Shown here one piece after another: positions 1 through 18,854 of a stretch of 64,000 nucleotides of DNA (positions are counted from its first letter, which is position 1; every line of letters begins with the position of its first letter). A model generated the notes under the pieces. The model was not told the origin of the DNA. It made no database searches and saw only the letters and a program-made list of their open reading frames with translations. The stretch lies in the NCBI RefSeq assembly GCF_009914755.1, contig NC_060931.1; one strand, written 5' to 3'. Source of the DNA: the human T2T-CHM13v2.0 reference genome, Homo sapiens. Position numbers and translations under genes: made by a program.

Positions 1-354
1 CCTGCACATATACATCCAGATGGCCTGAAGTAACTGAAGAATCACAAAAGAAGTGAAAATGGCCTGTTCCTGCCTTAACTGATGACATTACCTTGTGAAA
101 TTCCTTCTCCTGGCTTATCCTGGCTCAAAAGCTCCCCCACTGAGCACCTTGTGTCCCCCACCCCTGCCCGCCAGAGAACAACCCCATTTGACTGTAATTT
201 TCCATTACCTACCCAAATCCTATAAAACAGCCCCACCCCTATCTCCCTTCGCTGACTCTTTTCAGACTCAGCCCGCCTGCACTCAGGTGATTAAAAAGCT
301 TTATTGCTCACACAAATCCTGTTTGGTGGTCGCTTCACACGGACGCGAGTGGAA
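1..354 (+). repeat. LTR7-family 5' LTR (truncated by the window edge)
   Basis: Nearly collinear with 9258-9613; TATAAAA at 221; followed by the PBS. Confidence 0.95.
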
Positions 355-356
355 TT

Positions 357-374
357 TGGTGCTGTGACTCGGAT
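357..374 (+). other. Primer-binding site, tRNA-His
   Basis: TGGTGCTGTGACTCGGAT, 17/18 match to the tRNA-His complement TGGTGCCGTGACTCGGAT. Confidence 0.92.
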
Positions 375-904
375 CGGGGGACCTCCCTTGGGAGATAAAT
401 CCCATGTCCTCCTGCTCTTTGCTCCGTAAGAAAGATCCACCTATGACCTCAGGTCCTCAGACTGACCAGCCCAAGGAACATCTCACCAATTTTAAATTGG
501 GTAAGTGGCCTCTCTTTACTCTCTTCTCCAATCTCTCTCACTATCCCTCAACCTCTTTCTCCTTTCAATCTTGGCACCACCCTTCAATCTCTCTCTTCTC
601 TTTATTTCAGTTCCTTTCCTTTTCTGGTAGAGACAAAGGAGATGCGTTTTATCCGTGGACCCAAAACTCCGGCTCCAGTCATGGACTCGGGAAGACAGTC
701 TTCCCTTGGTGTTTAATCACGCGGGGACGCGTGCCTGATTATTCACCCACATTTCATTGTTGTCTGATCACCGCAGTGACGCCTGCCTTGGTCATTCACC
801 CACATTCCCTTGGTGGCAAGTCAATTGCAGGGACGCCTGCTTTGGCTGCTCACCCACATTGCAGCCCAGGGCTGCTCCCCACCCCTTCTCTCTGTGTCTC
901 TATC

Positions 905-1356
905 CCTTTTCCACTTTCCTGGAGGGCAAGCCCCTCCCACCCTTTCTCCACTTTCCTGGGGGGCAAGCACCCCCCTCCCCTTCTGTCCATGTCTCTACCC
1001 TCTCTTTTCTCTCCACTTTCCTAGGGGACAAGCACCTCCTACCCCTTTTCCACTTTCCTGGGGGGCAAGCACCCCCCACCCCTTCTGTCCATGTCTCTAC
1101 CCTCTCTTTTCTCCACTTTTCTGGGGGGCAAGCACCTCCCATCCCTTTTCCACTTTCCTGGGGGGCAAGCACCTCCTACCTTTTCTCCACTTTCCTGGGG
1201 GGCAAACACTTCCCACCCCTTTTTCCACTTTCCTGGGGGGCAAGCACCTCCCACCCCTTCTCCACTTTCCTGGGAGGCAAGCATTCCCCACCCCTTCTCT
1301 CCGTGTCTCTACCCTATCTTTTCTCTCCACTTTCCTGGGGCACAAGCACCCACTAA
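905..1356 (+). repeat. Minisatellite in the HERV-H leader, 10 copies of a ~37-bp unit
   Basis: CCACTTTCCTGGGGGGCAAGCAC cores at ~911, 948, 1013, 1050, 1113, 1150, 1187, 1225, 1262 and 1327. Confidence 0.9.
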
Positions 1357-2580
1357 CTTTTCTCTCTGTGTCTCTACCCTCTCTTTTCTCTGGGCTTGCC
1401 TCCTTCACTATGGACAACCTTCCACCCTCCATTCCTCTCTCTTCTCCCTTAGCCTGTGTTCTCAAAAACTTTTAAAACCTCTTCAACCGACACCTGACCT
1501 AAAACCTAAATGCCTTATTTTCTTCTGCAGCACCACTTGACCCCAATACAAACTCGACAGTTGTTCCAAATAGCCAGAAAAATGGCACTTTCGATTTTTC
1601 CATCCTTCAAGATCTAGATAATTCTTGTCATAACATAGGCAAACAGTCTGAGGTGCCTGACGTCCAGGCATTCTTTTACACATCAGTCCCTCGCTAGTCT
1701 CTGTTCCCAATGCAACTCATCCCAAATCTTGCTTCTTTCCCTCCCGCCTGTCCCCTCAGTCCCAACCCCAAGCGTCTCTGAGTCTTTCCAATCTTCCTTT
1801 TCTATGGACCCATCTGACCTCTCCCCTCCTCCACAGGCTGCTCGTTGCCAGGCCGAGCCAGGTCCCAGTTTTTCCTCAGCCTCCGCTCCCCCACCCTACA
1901 ATCCTTTTATCACCTCACCTCCTCACACCCCGTCCGGCTTACAGTTTCGTTCCATGACTAGCCCTCCCCCACCTGCCCAGCAATTTCCTCTTAAAAAGGT
2001 GGCGGGAGCTAAAGGCGTAGTCAAGGTTAATGCTCCTTTTTCTTTATCTGAACTCTCCCAAATCAGTTAGCATTTAGGCTCTTTCATCAAATATGAAAAA
2101 CCCAGCCCAGTTCATGGCCCATTTCACAACAACCCTTAGCGGCTTTACAGCCCTAGGCCCTGAAAGGTCAGAAGGCCGTCTTATTCTCAATTTACATTTT
2201 ATTACCCAATCCACTCCCGACATTAAATAAAACTCCAAAAATTAAATTCTGGCCCTCAAACCCCACGACAGGACTTAATTAACCTTGCCTTCAAGGTATA
2301 CAATAATAGAGTAGAGGCAGCCAAGTAGCAACGTATTTCTGAGTTGCAATTCCTTGCCTCCACTGTGAGACAAACCCCAGCCACATCTCCAGCACACAAG
2401 AACTTCCAAACTCCTGAACCGCAGCTGCCAGGGGTTCCTCCAGAACCTCCTACCCCAGGATCTTGATTCAAGTGCCAGAAATCTGGCCACTGGGCCAAGG
2501 AATGCCCGCAGCCCAGGATTCCTCCTAAGCCTTGTCCCATCTGTGTGGGACCCCAATGAAAATAGGACTGTCTAACTCAC

Positions 2581-2981
2581 TGTCAGGGCTCTGAGCCCAA
2601 GCTAAGCCATCATATCCCCAGTGACCTGCACGTATGCATCCAGATGGCCTGAAGTAACTGAACAATCACAAAAGAAGTGAAAATGGCCTGTTCCTGCCTT
2701 AACTGATGACATTACCTTGTGAAATTCCTTTTCCTGGCTCATCCTGGCTCAAAAGCTCCCCCACTGAGCATCTTGTGACCCCCGCCCCTGCCCGCCAGAG
2801 AACAACCCCCTTTGACTGTAATTTTCCTTTACCTATCCAAATCCTATAAAACAGCCCCACCCCTATCTCCCTTCACTGACTCCTTTTTCGGACTCAGCCC
2901 ACCTGCACCCAGGTGAAATAAACAGCTTTGTTGCTCACACAAAGCCTGTTTGGTGGTCTCTTCACATGGACACGTGAGACA
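2581..2981 (+). repeat. Internal LTR7-family LTR of a different variant
   Basis: TG...CA termini, TATAAAA and AATAAA; interrupts the first gag and has no PPT before it. Confidence 0.93.
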
Positions 2982-2983
2982 TT

Positions 2984-3001
2984 TGGTGCTGAAGACCCAG
3001 G
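2984..3001 (+). other. Second primer-binding site, tRNA-Phe-like
   Basis: TGGTGCTGAAGACCCAGG resembles the tRNA-Phe complement TGGTGCCGAAACCCGGGA, not tRNA-His. Confidence 0.7.
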
Positions 3002-3557
3002 TCAGTGGGACTCCTTCGGGAGACCAGTCCCCTGTCCTCACCCTCACTCCATGAAGTGATCCACCTATGACTTCTGGTCCTCAGACCAACCAGCCCAAGG
3101 AATATCTCACTGATTTAAAATTGGGTAAGTGGCCTCTTTTTACTCTCTTCTCCAACCTCTCTCACTATCCCTCAACCTCTTTTTCCTTTCAATCTTGGCG
3201 CCACCCTTCAATCTCTCCCTTCTCTTAATTTCAATTCCTTTCATTTTCTGGTACAGACAAAGGAGACACATTTTATTCGTGGACCCAAAACTCCGGCGCC
3301 AGTCACGGACTCGGGAAGGCAGCCTTCCCTTGGTGTTTAATCATTGCGGGGACGCCTCTCTGATTATTCACCCACGTTGCATTGGTGTCTGATCTCTGCG
3401 TGGACGCCTGCCTTGGTCATTCACCCACATTCCCTTGGTGGCAAGTCAATTGCGGGGACACCTGGTTTGGCTGCTCACCCACATTGCAGCCCAGGGCTGC
3501 TCCCCACCCCCCTTCTCCATGTCTCTACCCTTCTCTTTAAACTTGTCCCCTTCACTA

Positions 3558-5460
<1,903 letters not shown>

Positions 5461-5479
5461 CTCCTCGGAAGCCTCCTGG

Positions 5480-8408
5480 ACCATCACAGATGCTTTGGGT
5501 ACCTCTTACAGTGGAGAGTAAGTCGTCCCCTTCTTAATCAATACAGAGGCTACCCACTCCACATTACCTTCTTTTCAAAGGCCTTTTTCCTTTGCCTCCA
5601 TAACTGTTGTGGATATTGATGGCCAGGCTTCTAAACCTCTTAAAACTCCCCAACTCTGGTGCCAACTTGGACAACATTCTTTTATGCACTCCTTTTTAGT
5701 TATCCCCACCTGCCCAGCTCCCTTATTAGGTTCAGAAATTTTAACTAAATTATCTGCTTCCCTGACTATTCCTGGGTTACAGCCACACCTCATTGCCACC
5801 TTTTCCCCCAGTTCAAAGCCTCCTTCACATCCTCCCCTTGTATCTCCCCACCTTAAACCACAAGTATAGGACACCTCTACTCCCCCCTTGGCGACCGATC
5901 ATGCACCCCTTACCATCCCATTAAAACCTAATCACCCTTACACCGCTCAACGCCAATATCCCATCTCACAGCATGCTTTAAAAGGATTAAAGCCTGTTAT
6001 TACTCGCCTGTTACAGCATGGGCTTCTAAAACATAAAAGCTCTCCTTACAATTCCCCCATTTTACCTGTCCAAAAACCAGACAAGTCTTACAGGTTAGTT
6101 CAGGATCTGCACCTTATCAACCAAATTGTTTTGCCTATCCACCCCGTAGTGCCCAACCCATACACTCTTTTGTCCTCAATACCTTCCTCCACAACTCACT
6201 ATTTTGTTCTTGATCTTAAAGATGCTTTTTTCACTCTTCCCCTGCACCCCTCATCCCAGCCTCTCTTTGCTTTTACCTGGACTGACCCTGACACCCATCA
6301 GTCCCCGCAGCTTACCAGGGCTGTGCTACCGCAAGGCTTCAGGGACAGCCCTCATTACTTCAGCCAAGCTCTTTCCCATGATTTATTTTCTTTCTACCCC
6401 TCTGCTTCTCACCTTATTCAATATATTGATGACCTTCTACTTTGTAGCCCCTCCTTTGAATCTTCTCAACAAGACACTCTCCTGCTCCTTCAACATTTAT
6501 TCTCCAAAGGATATCAGGTATCCCCCACAAAGCTCCAATTTCTTCTCCATCCATTACCTACCTCGGCATAATTCTTCATAAAAACACACGTGCTCTCCCT
6601 GTTGATCATGTCTGACTGATCTCTCAAACCCCAACACCTTCTACTTAACAACAACTCCTTTCCTTCCTGGGCATGGTTGGATACTTTCACCTTTGGATAC
6701 CTGGTTTTGCCATCCTAACAAAACCTTTACATAAACTCACAAAAGGAAACCTAGCTGACCCTATCGATCCTAAATCCTTTCCCCATTCCTCTTTCCGTTC
6801 CTTGAAGACAGCTTTAGAGACTGCCCCCACTCTAGCTCTCCCTGACTCATCCCAACCCTTTTCATTACACACAGCCAAAGTGCAGGGCTGTGCAGTCGGA
6901 ATTCTTACACAAGGACCGGGACCGCGCCCTGTAGCCTTTTTGTCCAAACAACTTGACCTTGCTGTTTTAGGCCAGCCATCATGTCTCCATGCAGCGGCTG
7001 CTGCCACCCTAATACTTTTAGAGGCCCTCAAAATCGCAAACTATGCTCAACTCACTCTCTACAGTTCTCATAACTTCCAAAATCTATTGTCTTCCTCACA
7101 CCTGACACATATACTTTCTGCTCCCTGGCTCCTTCAGCTATACTCAGTCTCTGTTGAGTCTCCCACAATTACCATTGTTCCTGGCCCAGACTTCAGTCCG
7201 GCCTCCCACATTATTCCAGATACAACACCTGACTCCCATGACTGTATCTCTCTGATCCAGCTGACATTCACCCCATTTCCCCATATTTCCTTCTTTCCTG
7301 TTCCTCACCCTGATCACATTTGGTTTATTGATGGCAGTTCCACCAGGCCTGATCGCCACTCACCAAAAAAGGCAGGCTATGCTATAGTATCTTCCACATC
7401 TATCATTGAGGCTACCGCTCTGCCTCCCTCCACTACCTCTCAGCAAGTCAAACTCATTGCCTTAACTCGGGCCCTCACTCTTGCAAAGGGACTACGCGTC
7501 AATATTTATACTGACCCCATATCCTGCACCACCATACTGTTTTATGGGCTGAAAGGTTTCCTCCCTCGTAAGGGTCCTCCATCATTAATGCCTCTTTAAT
7601 AAAAACTCTTCTCAAGGCCGCTTTACTTCCAAAGAAAGCTGGAGTCAAAGCAGGGCCATCAAAAGGCATCAGATCCCGTAGCTCAGGGCAACGCTTATGC
7701 TGATAAGGTAGCTTTTAAAGAAGCAGCTAACGTTCCAATGGCCAGTTTTTCTTCTTCTCATCGGTCACTCCCACCTACTCTCCCACTGAAACTTCCACCT
7801 ATCAATCTTTTCCCACACAAGGCAAATGGTTCTTAAACCAAGGAAAATATCTCCTTCCAGCCTCACAGGCCCATTCTATTCTGTCATTTCATAACCTCTT
7901 CCATGTAGGTTACAAGCTGCTAGCCCGCCTCTTAGAACCTCTCATTTCCTTTCCATCATGGAAATCTATCCTCAAGGAAATCATTTATCAGGGTTCCATC
8001 TGCTATTCTACTACTCCTCAGGGATTGTTCAGGCCCCATCCCTTTCCTGCACATCAAGCTGGGGGATTTGCCCCCGCCCAGGACTGGCAAATTGACTTTA
8101 CTCACCCTGAGTCAGGAAACTAAAATACCTCTTGGTCTGGGTAGACACTTTCACTGGATGGGTAGAGGCCTTTCCCACAGGGTCTGAGAAGGTCACTGCA
8201 GTCATTTCTTCCCTTCTGTCAGACGTAATTCCTCGGTTTGGCCTTCCCACCTCTATACAGTCCGATAATGGACTGGCCTTTATTAGTCAAATCACCCAAG
8301 CAGTTTCTCAGGCTCTTGGTATTCAGTGGAAACTTCGTACCCCTTACCATCCTCAATCTTCAGGAAAGGTAAAACGGACTAATGGTTTTTTAAAGACACA
8401 CCTCACCA
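5480..8408 (+). pseudogene. HERV-H pro-pol remnant (protease, RT, RNase H, integrase)
   Basis: Degenerate protease LINTEATHS; RT SPYNSPILPV, LDLKDAFF, LPQG and YIDD (ORF 5888-6571); RNase H WFIDGSS (ORF 6673-7599); integrase VDTFTGWVEAFP, SDNG and YHPQSSG (ORF 8132-). Broken by frameshifts. Confidence 0.93.
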
Positions 8409-8748
<340 letters not shown>

Positions 8749-9212
8749 TCAACTTAAAAAAAAAATAAAAGGACTCTGTCAAAAACAGAGCCCAAAAACT
8801 CACCAACCAAACAAGTAATTACACTAAACCCCCTTGGACACTCTCTAATTGGATGTCCTGGGTCCTCCCAATTCTTAGTCCTTTAATACCTGTTTTTCTC
8901 CTTCTCTTATTCGGAACTTGTGTCTTTCGTTTAGTTTCTCAATTCATACAGAACGGCATCCGGGCCTTCACCAATCGTTTTATATGACAAATGCTCTTTT
9001 TAACAACCCCACAATATCGCCCCTTACCACAAAAATCTTCCTTCAACTTAATCTCTCCCACTCTAGGTTCCCATGCCGCCCCTAATCCTTCTCGAAGCAG
9101 CCCTGAGAAATATCGCCCATTATCTCTCCATACCACCCCCAAAAATTTTCGCCGCCCCAATACTTTACCACTATTTCGTTTTATTTTTCTTATTAATATA
9201 AGAAGACAGGAA

Positions 9213-9613
9213 TGTCAGGCCTCTGAGCCCAAGCTAAGCCGTCGTATCCCCCAGTGACCTGCACGTATACATCCAGATGGCCTGAAGTAACTGAAGAATC
9301 ACAAAAGAAGTGAAAATGGCCTGTTCTTGCCTTAATTGATGACATTACCTTGTGAAATTCCTTCTCCTGGCTCATCCTGGCTCAAAAGCTCCCCCACTGA
9401 GCACCTTGTGTCCCTCACCCCTGCCCGCCAGAGAACAACCCCTTTTGACTGTAATTTTCCATTACCTACCCAAATCCTATAAAACGGCCCCACCCCTATC
9501 TCCCTTGGCTGACTCTCTTTTTGGACTCAGCCCGCCTGCACCCAGGTGACTAAAAAGCTTTATTGCTCACACAAAGCCTGTTTGGTGGTCTCTTCACATG
9601 GACGCGAGTGAAA
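9213..9613 (+). repeat. LTR7-family 3' LTR
   Basis: Preceded by the PPT AAGAAGACAGGAA (9200-9212); starts TGTCAGGCC; pairs with the LTR at 1-354. Confidence 0.95.
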
Positions 9614-10764
9614 CCCATCTCTACTAAAAGTACTAACATTAGCCAGGTGTGGTGGTGTGCGTCTGTAATCCCAGCTACTCAGGAGAATCCCTTGAACTCG
9701 GGAGGTGGAGATTGCAGTGAGCCAAGATCACACCACTGCACTCTAGTCTGGGCGACAGAGCAAGACTCCGTCCAAAAAAAAAAAAAGAAGAAAAAAAAAG
9801 ATGGGAGTCAGAAGAGTGGTCACCCTTTGGGGCAACTGACTTAAAGCGGTTTCAAGGGGGCGTTCTGGGGGCTGGTATGCTCTGTTCCTTTATCTGGGTG
9901 CTGGTTCACCTTTTAACCCTTGTGGAAATTCTTTGAGTTGTACTCTTAGAGTTTGCATACCTTTCTTTTCTCTTTTTCTTGTTTTTTAAGATAGGATCTC
10001 ACTCTGTCACCCAGGCTGGAGTGCAGTGATGCTGTCATAGCTCACTGCAGCCTCAACTTTCCAAGGCTCAAGGGATTCTCCCTCCTTAGCCACCCGAGTA
10101 GCCAGGACTACAGGTGCGCACCACCGTGCCCAGTTCATTTTTTGATTTTTTTTTTTTTTTTTGTAGAGATGTGGCGGGCGGGGGGGTCTCTCTGTGTTGC
10201 CCAGGCTGGTCTCAAACTCCTGGCCTCAAGTGATCCTCCTGCCTCAGCCTCCCAAAGTGCTGGGATTATAGGTGCCAGCCACCGTGCCTGGCCTGCGTAC
10301 TTTTCTATATGTATATTATATTTCAATAAATTAGTAAAGAGGAATGAAATGATATGGTGAATAAACAAAACAAATAATTCTGCAGTTAAGGAAATGTAAT
10401 ATGGGAGCCATGGCCTCCCTACGTTCTCTCCCTCCTTCCTTGAGATGAGAATATTTCTCTCTCTCTCTCTCTTTGCCACTCTTCTGGGAACATCCATTTC
10501 TCTTTTTCTCTTTTTTTTTTTTTTTGCCAGAATGTTTCTCATTTCAAGAGAAAGTGCTGGCTGCCTACAGCATGTCAGACCCCAGCTGTTTTCCATACTT
10601 CTGCCTTTCCCTGCCTTTGGCAATGGAGTCTATCCTCTGAAAATTCTCTTCTGCAATGAGAAACCCCCACACTTTGCCCCCCTCCCCACCACCAAACAAG
10701 GCCCATTACTTCCTTCCAAACCCCAACCTGGCAGGTTCCCAGAAACAAAGTCCCTGACCCTTAC

Positions 10765-10794
10765 CTGGGGTCTTTGGCTCAGCCTCAATTCCAG
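10765..10794 (-). other. CCL26: Probable upstream non-coding first exon of the long CCL26 (eotaxin-3) transcript; coding exons lie left of the window
   Basis: Minus strand reads CTGGAATTGAGGCTGAGCCAAAGACCCCAG|GTAAGG, a strong donor. The exon matches my recollection of the 5' end of a CCL26 RefSeq mRNA and may extend further 5'. Confidence 0.65.
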
Positions 10795-10938
10795 ACTCCT
10801 GGCTCATCCTCCAGAGCTTGCTAGTGCTGCTCCAGTCCCTGGGATCTGCGGTACCCCTGGGACCCCAAGTCAAGACCTCCTCTTGGCTTACGTAAGGACA
10901 TTTACAAACAGCCATTCCCAAATAACTCACATTTCTGA

Positions 10939-11574
<636 letters not shown>

Positions 11575-11680
11575 TAAGTGATCCTCCCACCTCAGCCTCC
11601 CAAAGTGCTAGGATTACAGGCAGGAGCTGCTGTGCCTGGCCTCTTATGGATGTCTTCTAATGGATTTTAATATAGTTTTA

Positions 11681-12447
<767 letters not shown>

Positions 12448-13584
12448 TGAGTATGCCCTTGATGTCAGCCCATAGCTGGCGGCCCTGGCTCCTGCTCTCT
12501 TCCCTCCAGGCCCTTCCCTGTGGCTGAAGCCCCTTCCCTGTACCCTCCAGGTTGCTTCCTGGGCTCCAGATTCCTCTGTGTGGATCTCCCAGGAGCCCCC
12601 ATCTGCTGTGGTTCCCAGGGTCTAGGCTGCCATCTGGGCTTCCCACTTCTCGGCCTCTCAAAGTGCTGGGATTACAGGCGTGAGCTGCTGTGCCAGGCTG
12701 TAAGTTTTAATGAGGTCATAAGGATGGGACTCTGATCCAACATGACAGATGTCCTTATAAGAAAAGAAGCCAGGCCTGGGTGACTCATGCCTGTAATCCC
12801 AGCACTCCCAGGCGGGAGGATTGCTTCAGCCCAGAAGTTCAACAAGTAAGTAAGGTTTTTTTTCCATCCTTTTTTTGTTTTGAGACAGGGTCTCACTCTG
12901 TCACCGACGCTGGAGTGCAGAGGTGTGATCACAGCTCACGGCAGCCTCCACCTCCCCAAGCTCAAGTGATTCTCCCACCTCACCCTCCCAAGCAGCTGGG
13001 ACCACAGGCATGCACCACCACACCTGGCTACTTTGTTTTTATTTTTATTTATTTATTTAGAGACAGAGTCTTGCTGTGTTACCTAGGCATGTTACCCACG
13101 ATTTCAGCTCACTGCAGCCTCTGCCTCCTCTGGCTCAAGCAATCCTCTTACCTCAGTCTCCCGAGTAGCTGGGACTACAGGCATGCGCCACCACACCCAG
13201 ATACTTTCTGTATTTTTAGCAGAGATGGGGTTTCACCGCGTTGGCCAGGCTGGTCTCAAACTCCTGACCTCAGGTGATCCACCCACTTCGGCCTCCCAAA
13301 GTGCTGGGATTACAGGCGTGAGCCGCCATGCCTGGCTGTAAGTTTTAATGAGGTCATAAGGATGGGACTCTGATCCAATATGACAGGTGTCCTTATAAGA
13401 AAAGAAGCCACCAGGCATGGGTGACTCATGCCTGTAATCCCAGCACTCCCAGGTGGGAGGATTGCTTCAGCCCAGAAGTTCAAGACCAGCCTGGTCAACA
13501 TAGTGAGATCCCATCTCTATAAAAAATAAAAATTAGCCAGACATAGTGGCGCACGCCTGTAGTCCCAGCTACTCAAGAGGCTCA

Positions 13585-13815
<231 letters not shown>

Positions 13816-13820
13816 TCAAA

Positions 13821-13859
<39 letters not shown>

Positions 13860-13865
13860 GTGTAA

Positions 13866-14685
<820 letters not shown>

Positions 14686-14791
14686 TGAATTCTTATAGCC
14701 CCAGCAATGTCCAAGGCTCTGGAGACACCGTGGTGGACAGGACACCATCCCTGTCCTTAAGAAAGGTGAGTATAGAATTTGAGCATAAGTG

Positions 14792-15010
14792 GAGAAAGAA
14801 CAAAGAGAGAAAGAAAGAGAGAGAGAGAGAGAGGGAGAGAGGGAGGGGAAGGGGAAGGGGAGGAAGGAAGGGGAAGGAAGAAAGGAAGAAGAAAGGAAGG
14901 AAGGGAGGAAGGGAGGGAGGGAGAGAGAGAGAAAGAAAGAAAGAGAAAGAAAGAAAAGAAAAGAAAAGAAAGACAGAAAGAAATAAAGAAAAAGAAAGAA
15001 AGAAAAGAAA
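14792..15010 (+). repeat. Polypurine GA-rich low-complexity tract
   Basis: (GA)n/(GGAA)n/(GAAA)n; similar tracts at ~15295-15392 and, on the other strand, ~16312-16538. Confidence 0.93.
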
Positions 15011-15063
15011 GCGGGCCAGGTGAGGTGGGTAACACCTGTAATCCCAGCATTTTGGAGGGCCTA

Positions 15064-16044
<981 letters not shown>

Positions 16045-16090
16045 TTAAAAATCAGCTGGGCATGGTGGCACATGTCTGTAGTCCCAGCTA

Positions 16091-16273
<183 letters not shown>

Positions 16274-16421
16274 TTAATCCATTTACCCTGAAAGCGGTTC
16301 TAGGAGAGTGGTTTCTTTATTTCTCTTTCTTTCTTTCTTTCCTTCTTTCTTTCTCTCTCTTTCCTTCCTTCCTTCCTTCTTTCTTTCTTTCTCTCTTTCT
16401 TTTTCTATCTTTGTTTCTTGA

Positions 16422-16851
<430 letters not shown>

Positions 16852-17962
16852 TAGAAAACTGTGGTTTGTTCAAGGCCACAAAACTCATGGATGGCAGAAC
16901 CAAGGCTCAGAGCTGGGTCTGTGTCATGCCTGTGCCTTGTCCTGCCTCTGACAGTCTCAGAGTCCTACCCCCCAACCCTTAACGCTGAGAATGAACCTTC
17001 AGGGTGGCTTCCGCCAGGCTTTGTCCCGAAGCTAAAACTACTCTGTAGTTACAGGACCATATCAGAGCCAAGGGCAAATAGCAGCTAGATAGATAAGGGG
17101 AGGCATCTGCGGGTTAGCAAAAGTCAGCAAATTCCCTTCCAAACTTTCAATTGGCCAATAAAAAAAGGGAAATGCAGCCCATCCCACCAGCTTCGAGAAC
17201 ATAACAACGAACTGCCAGTTGCTTGGGAGAAGCGCAGCTCTTCCCCATTCTGAGTCTTGAGAGATGTTTCCCCAAGCAAGGTCGTGACCGGGCATGACCC
17301 ATAGCAAGAACTGAATGTTCCTTTGGGCTTGAGATTATTCAGAAGTTAGAAGGCTGGGGAGAGAGACTTCCAGGGAATGCCTTTTTAGAGGCTGAAAAGC
17401 ACTCCAACCTGGACAACAGAGTGACACTCCGTCTCAAAAAAAAACTAGTGGCAAAAGGCAGAAGGTGGGATTTAGTAGGAGCCACGGGAGGAGGGGTCTG
17501 GGGTCCTCTTGCTGGCCTGCTTACACTGAGCATTCGGGGAGTATTAGTCTCCCCTACTCAGCTACGGTCAGTAACAGAATAATTTCCTCTAAATCTTGCC
17601 TGTATCTCAGGCAGAATAAGCGACTGGAAGACCCAAATGACCACCTTTCTTTTGATGAGACACGGTCTTGATCTGTTGTCCAGGTTGGAGTACAGTGATG
17701 CAATCACAGCTCGCTGCAGCCTCCAACTCCTGAACTCTAGCGATCCTCCTGCCTCAACCTCCTAAGTAGCTGGGACCACAGGCACACATCACTATGTCCT
17801 GATAATTTTTTTTTTATTTTTAATTTTCTAGACATGGGGGTCTCCCTGTGTTGCCCAGGCTGGTCTCAAACTCCTGGGCTCAAAGCATCTTCCCACCTTG
17901 TCCTCCCAAAGTGCTAGGATACCAGGCACGAGCCATCACACAGGGCCACGTACAGCTTTCTA

Positions 17963-18331
<369 letters not shown>

Positions 18332-18524
18332 TCAGGAGATCGAGACCATCCTGGCTAACATGGTGAAACCCCGTCTCTACTAAAAATACAAAAAAAATTA
18401 GCCAGGCATGGTGGTGGGCGCCTGTAGTCCCAGCTACTCAGGAGGCTGAGGCAGGAGAATCGCTTGAACCTGGGAGGCAGAGGTTGCAGTGAGCTGAGTT
18501 CACCACCACTGCACTCCAGCCTAG

Positions 18525-18854
<330 letters not shown>

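Noticed and set aside
357-374. tRNA gene
   Set aside because: Only the 18-nt complement of a tRNA 3' end (PBS); no cloverleaf.
905-1356. CRISPR-like regularly spaced repeat
   Set aside because: The intervening sequences are themselves repeated rather than unique spacers, there are no cas genes, and the context is a primate retroviral leader.
404-1540. Overlapping 150-220 aa ORFs in three frames
   Set aside because: Products of stop-poor C/T-rich leader and minisatellite sequence; no domain signature.
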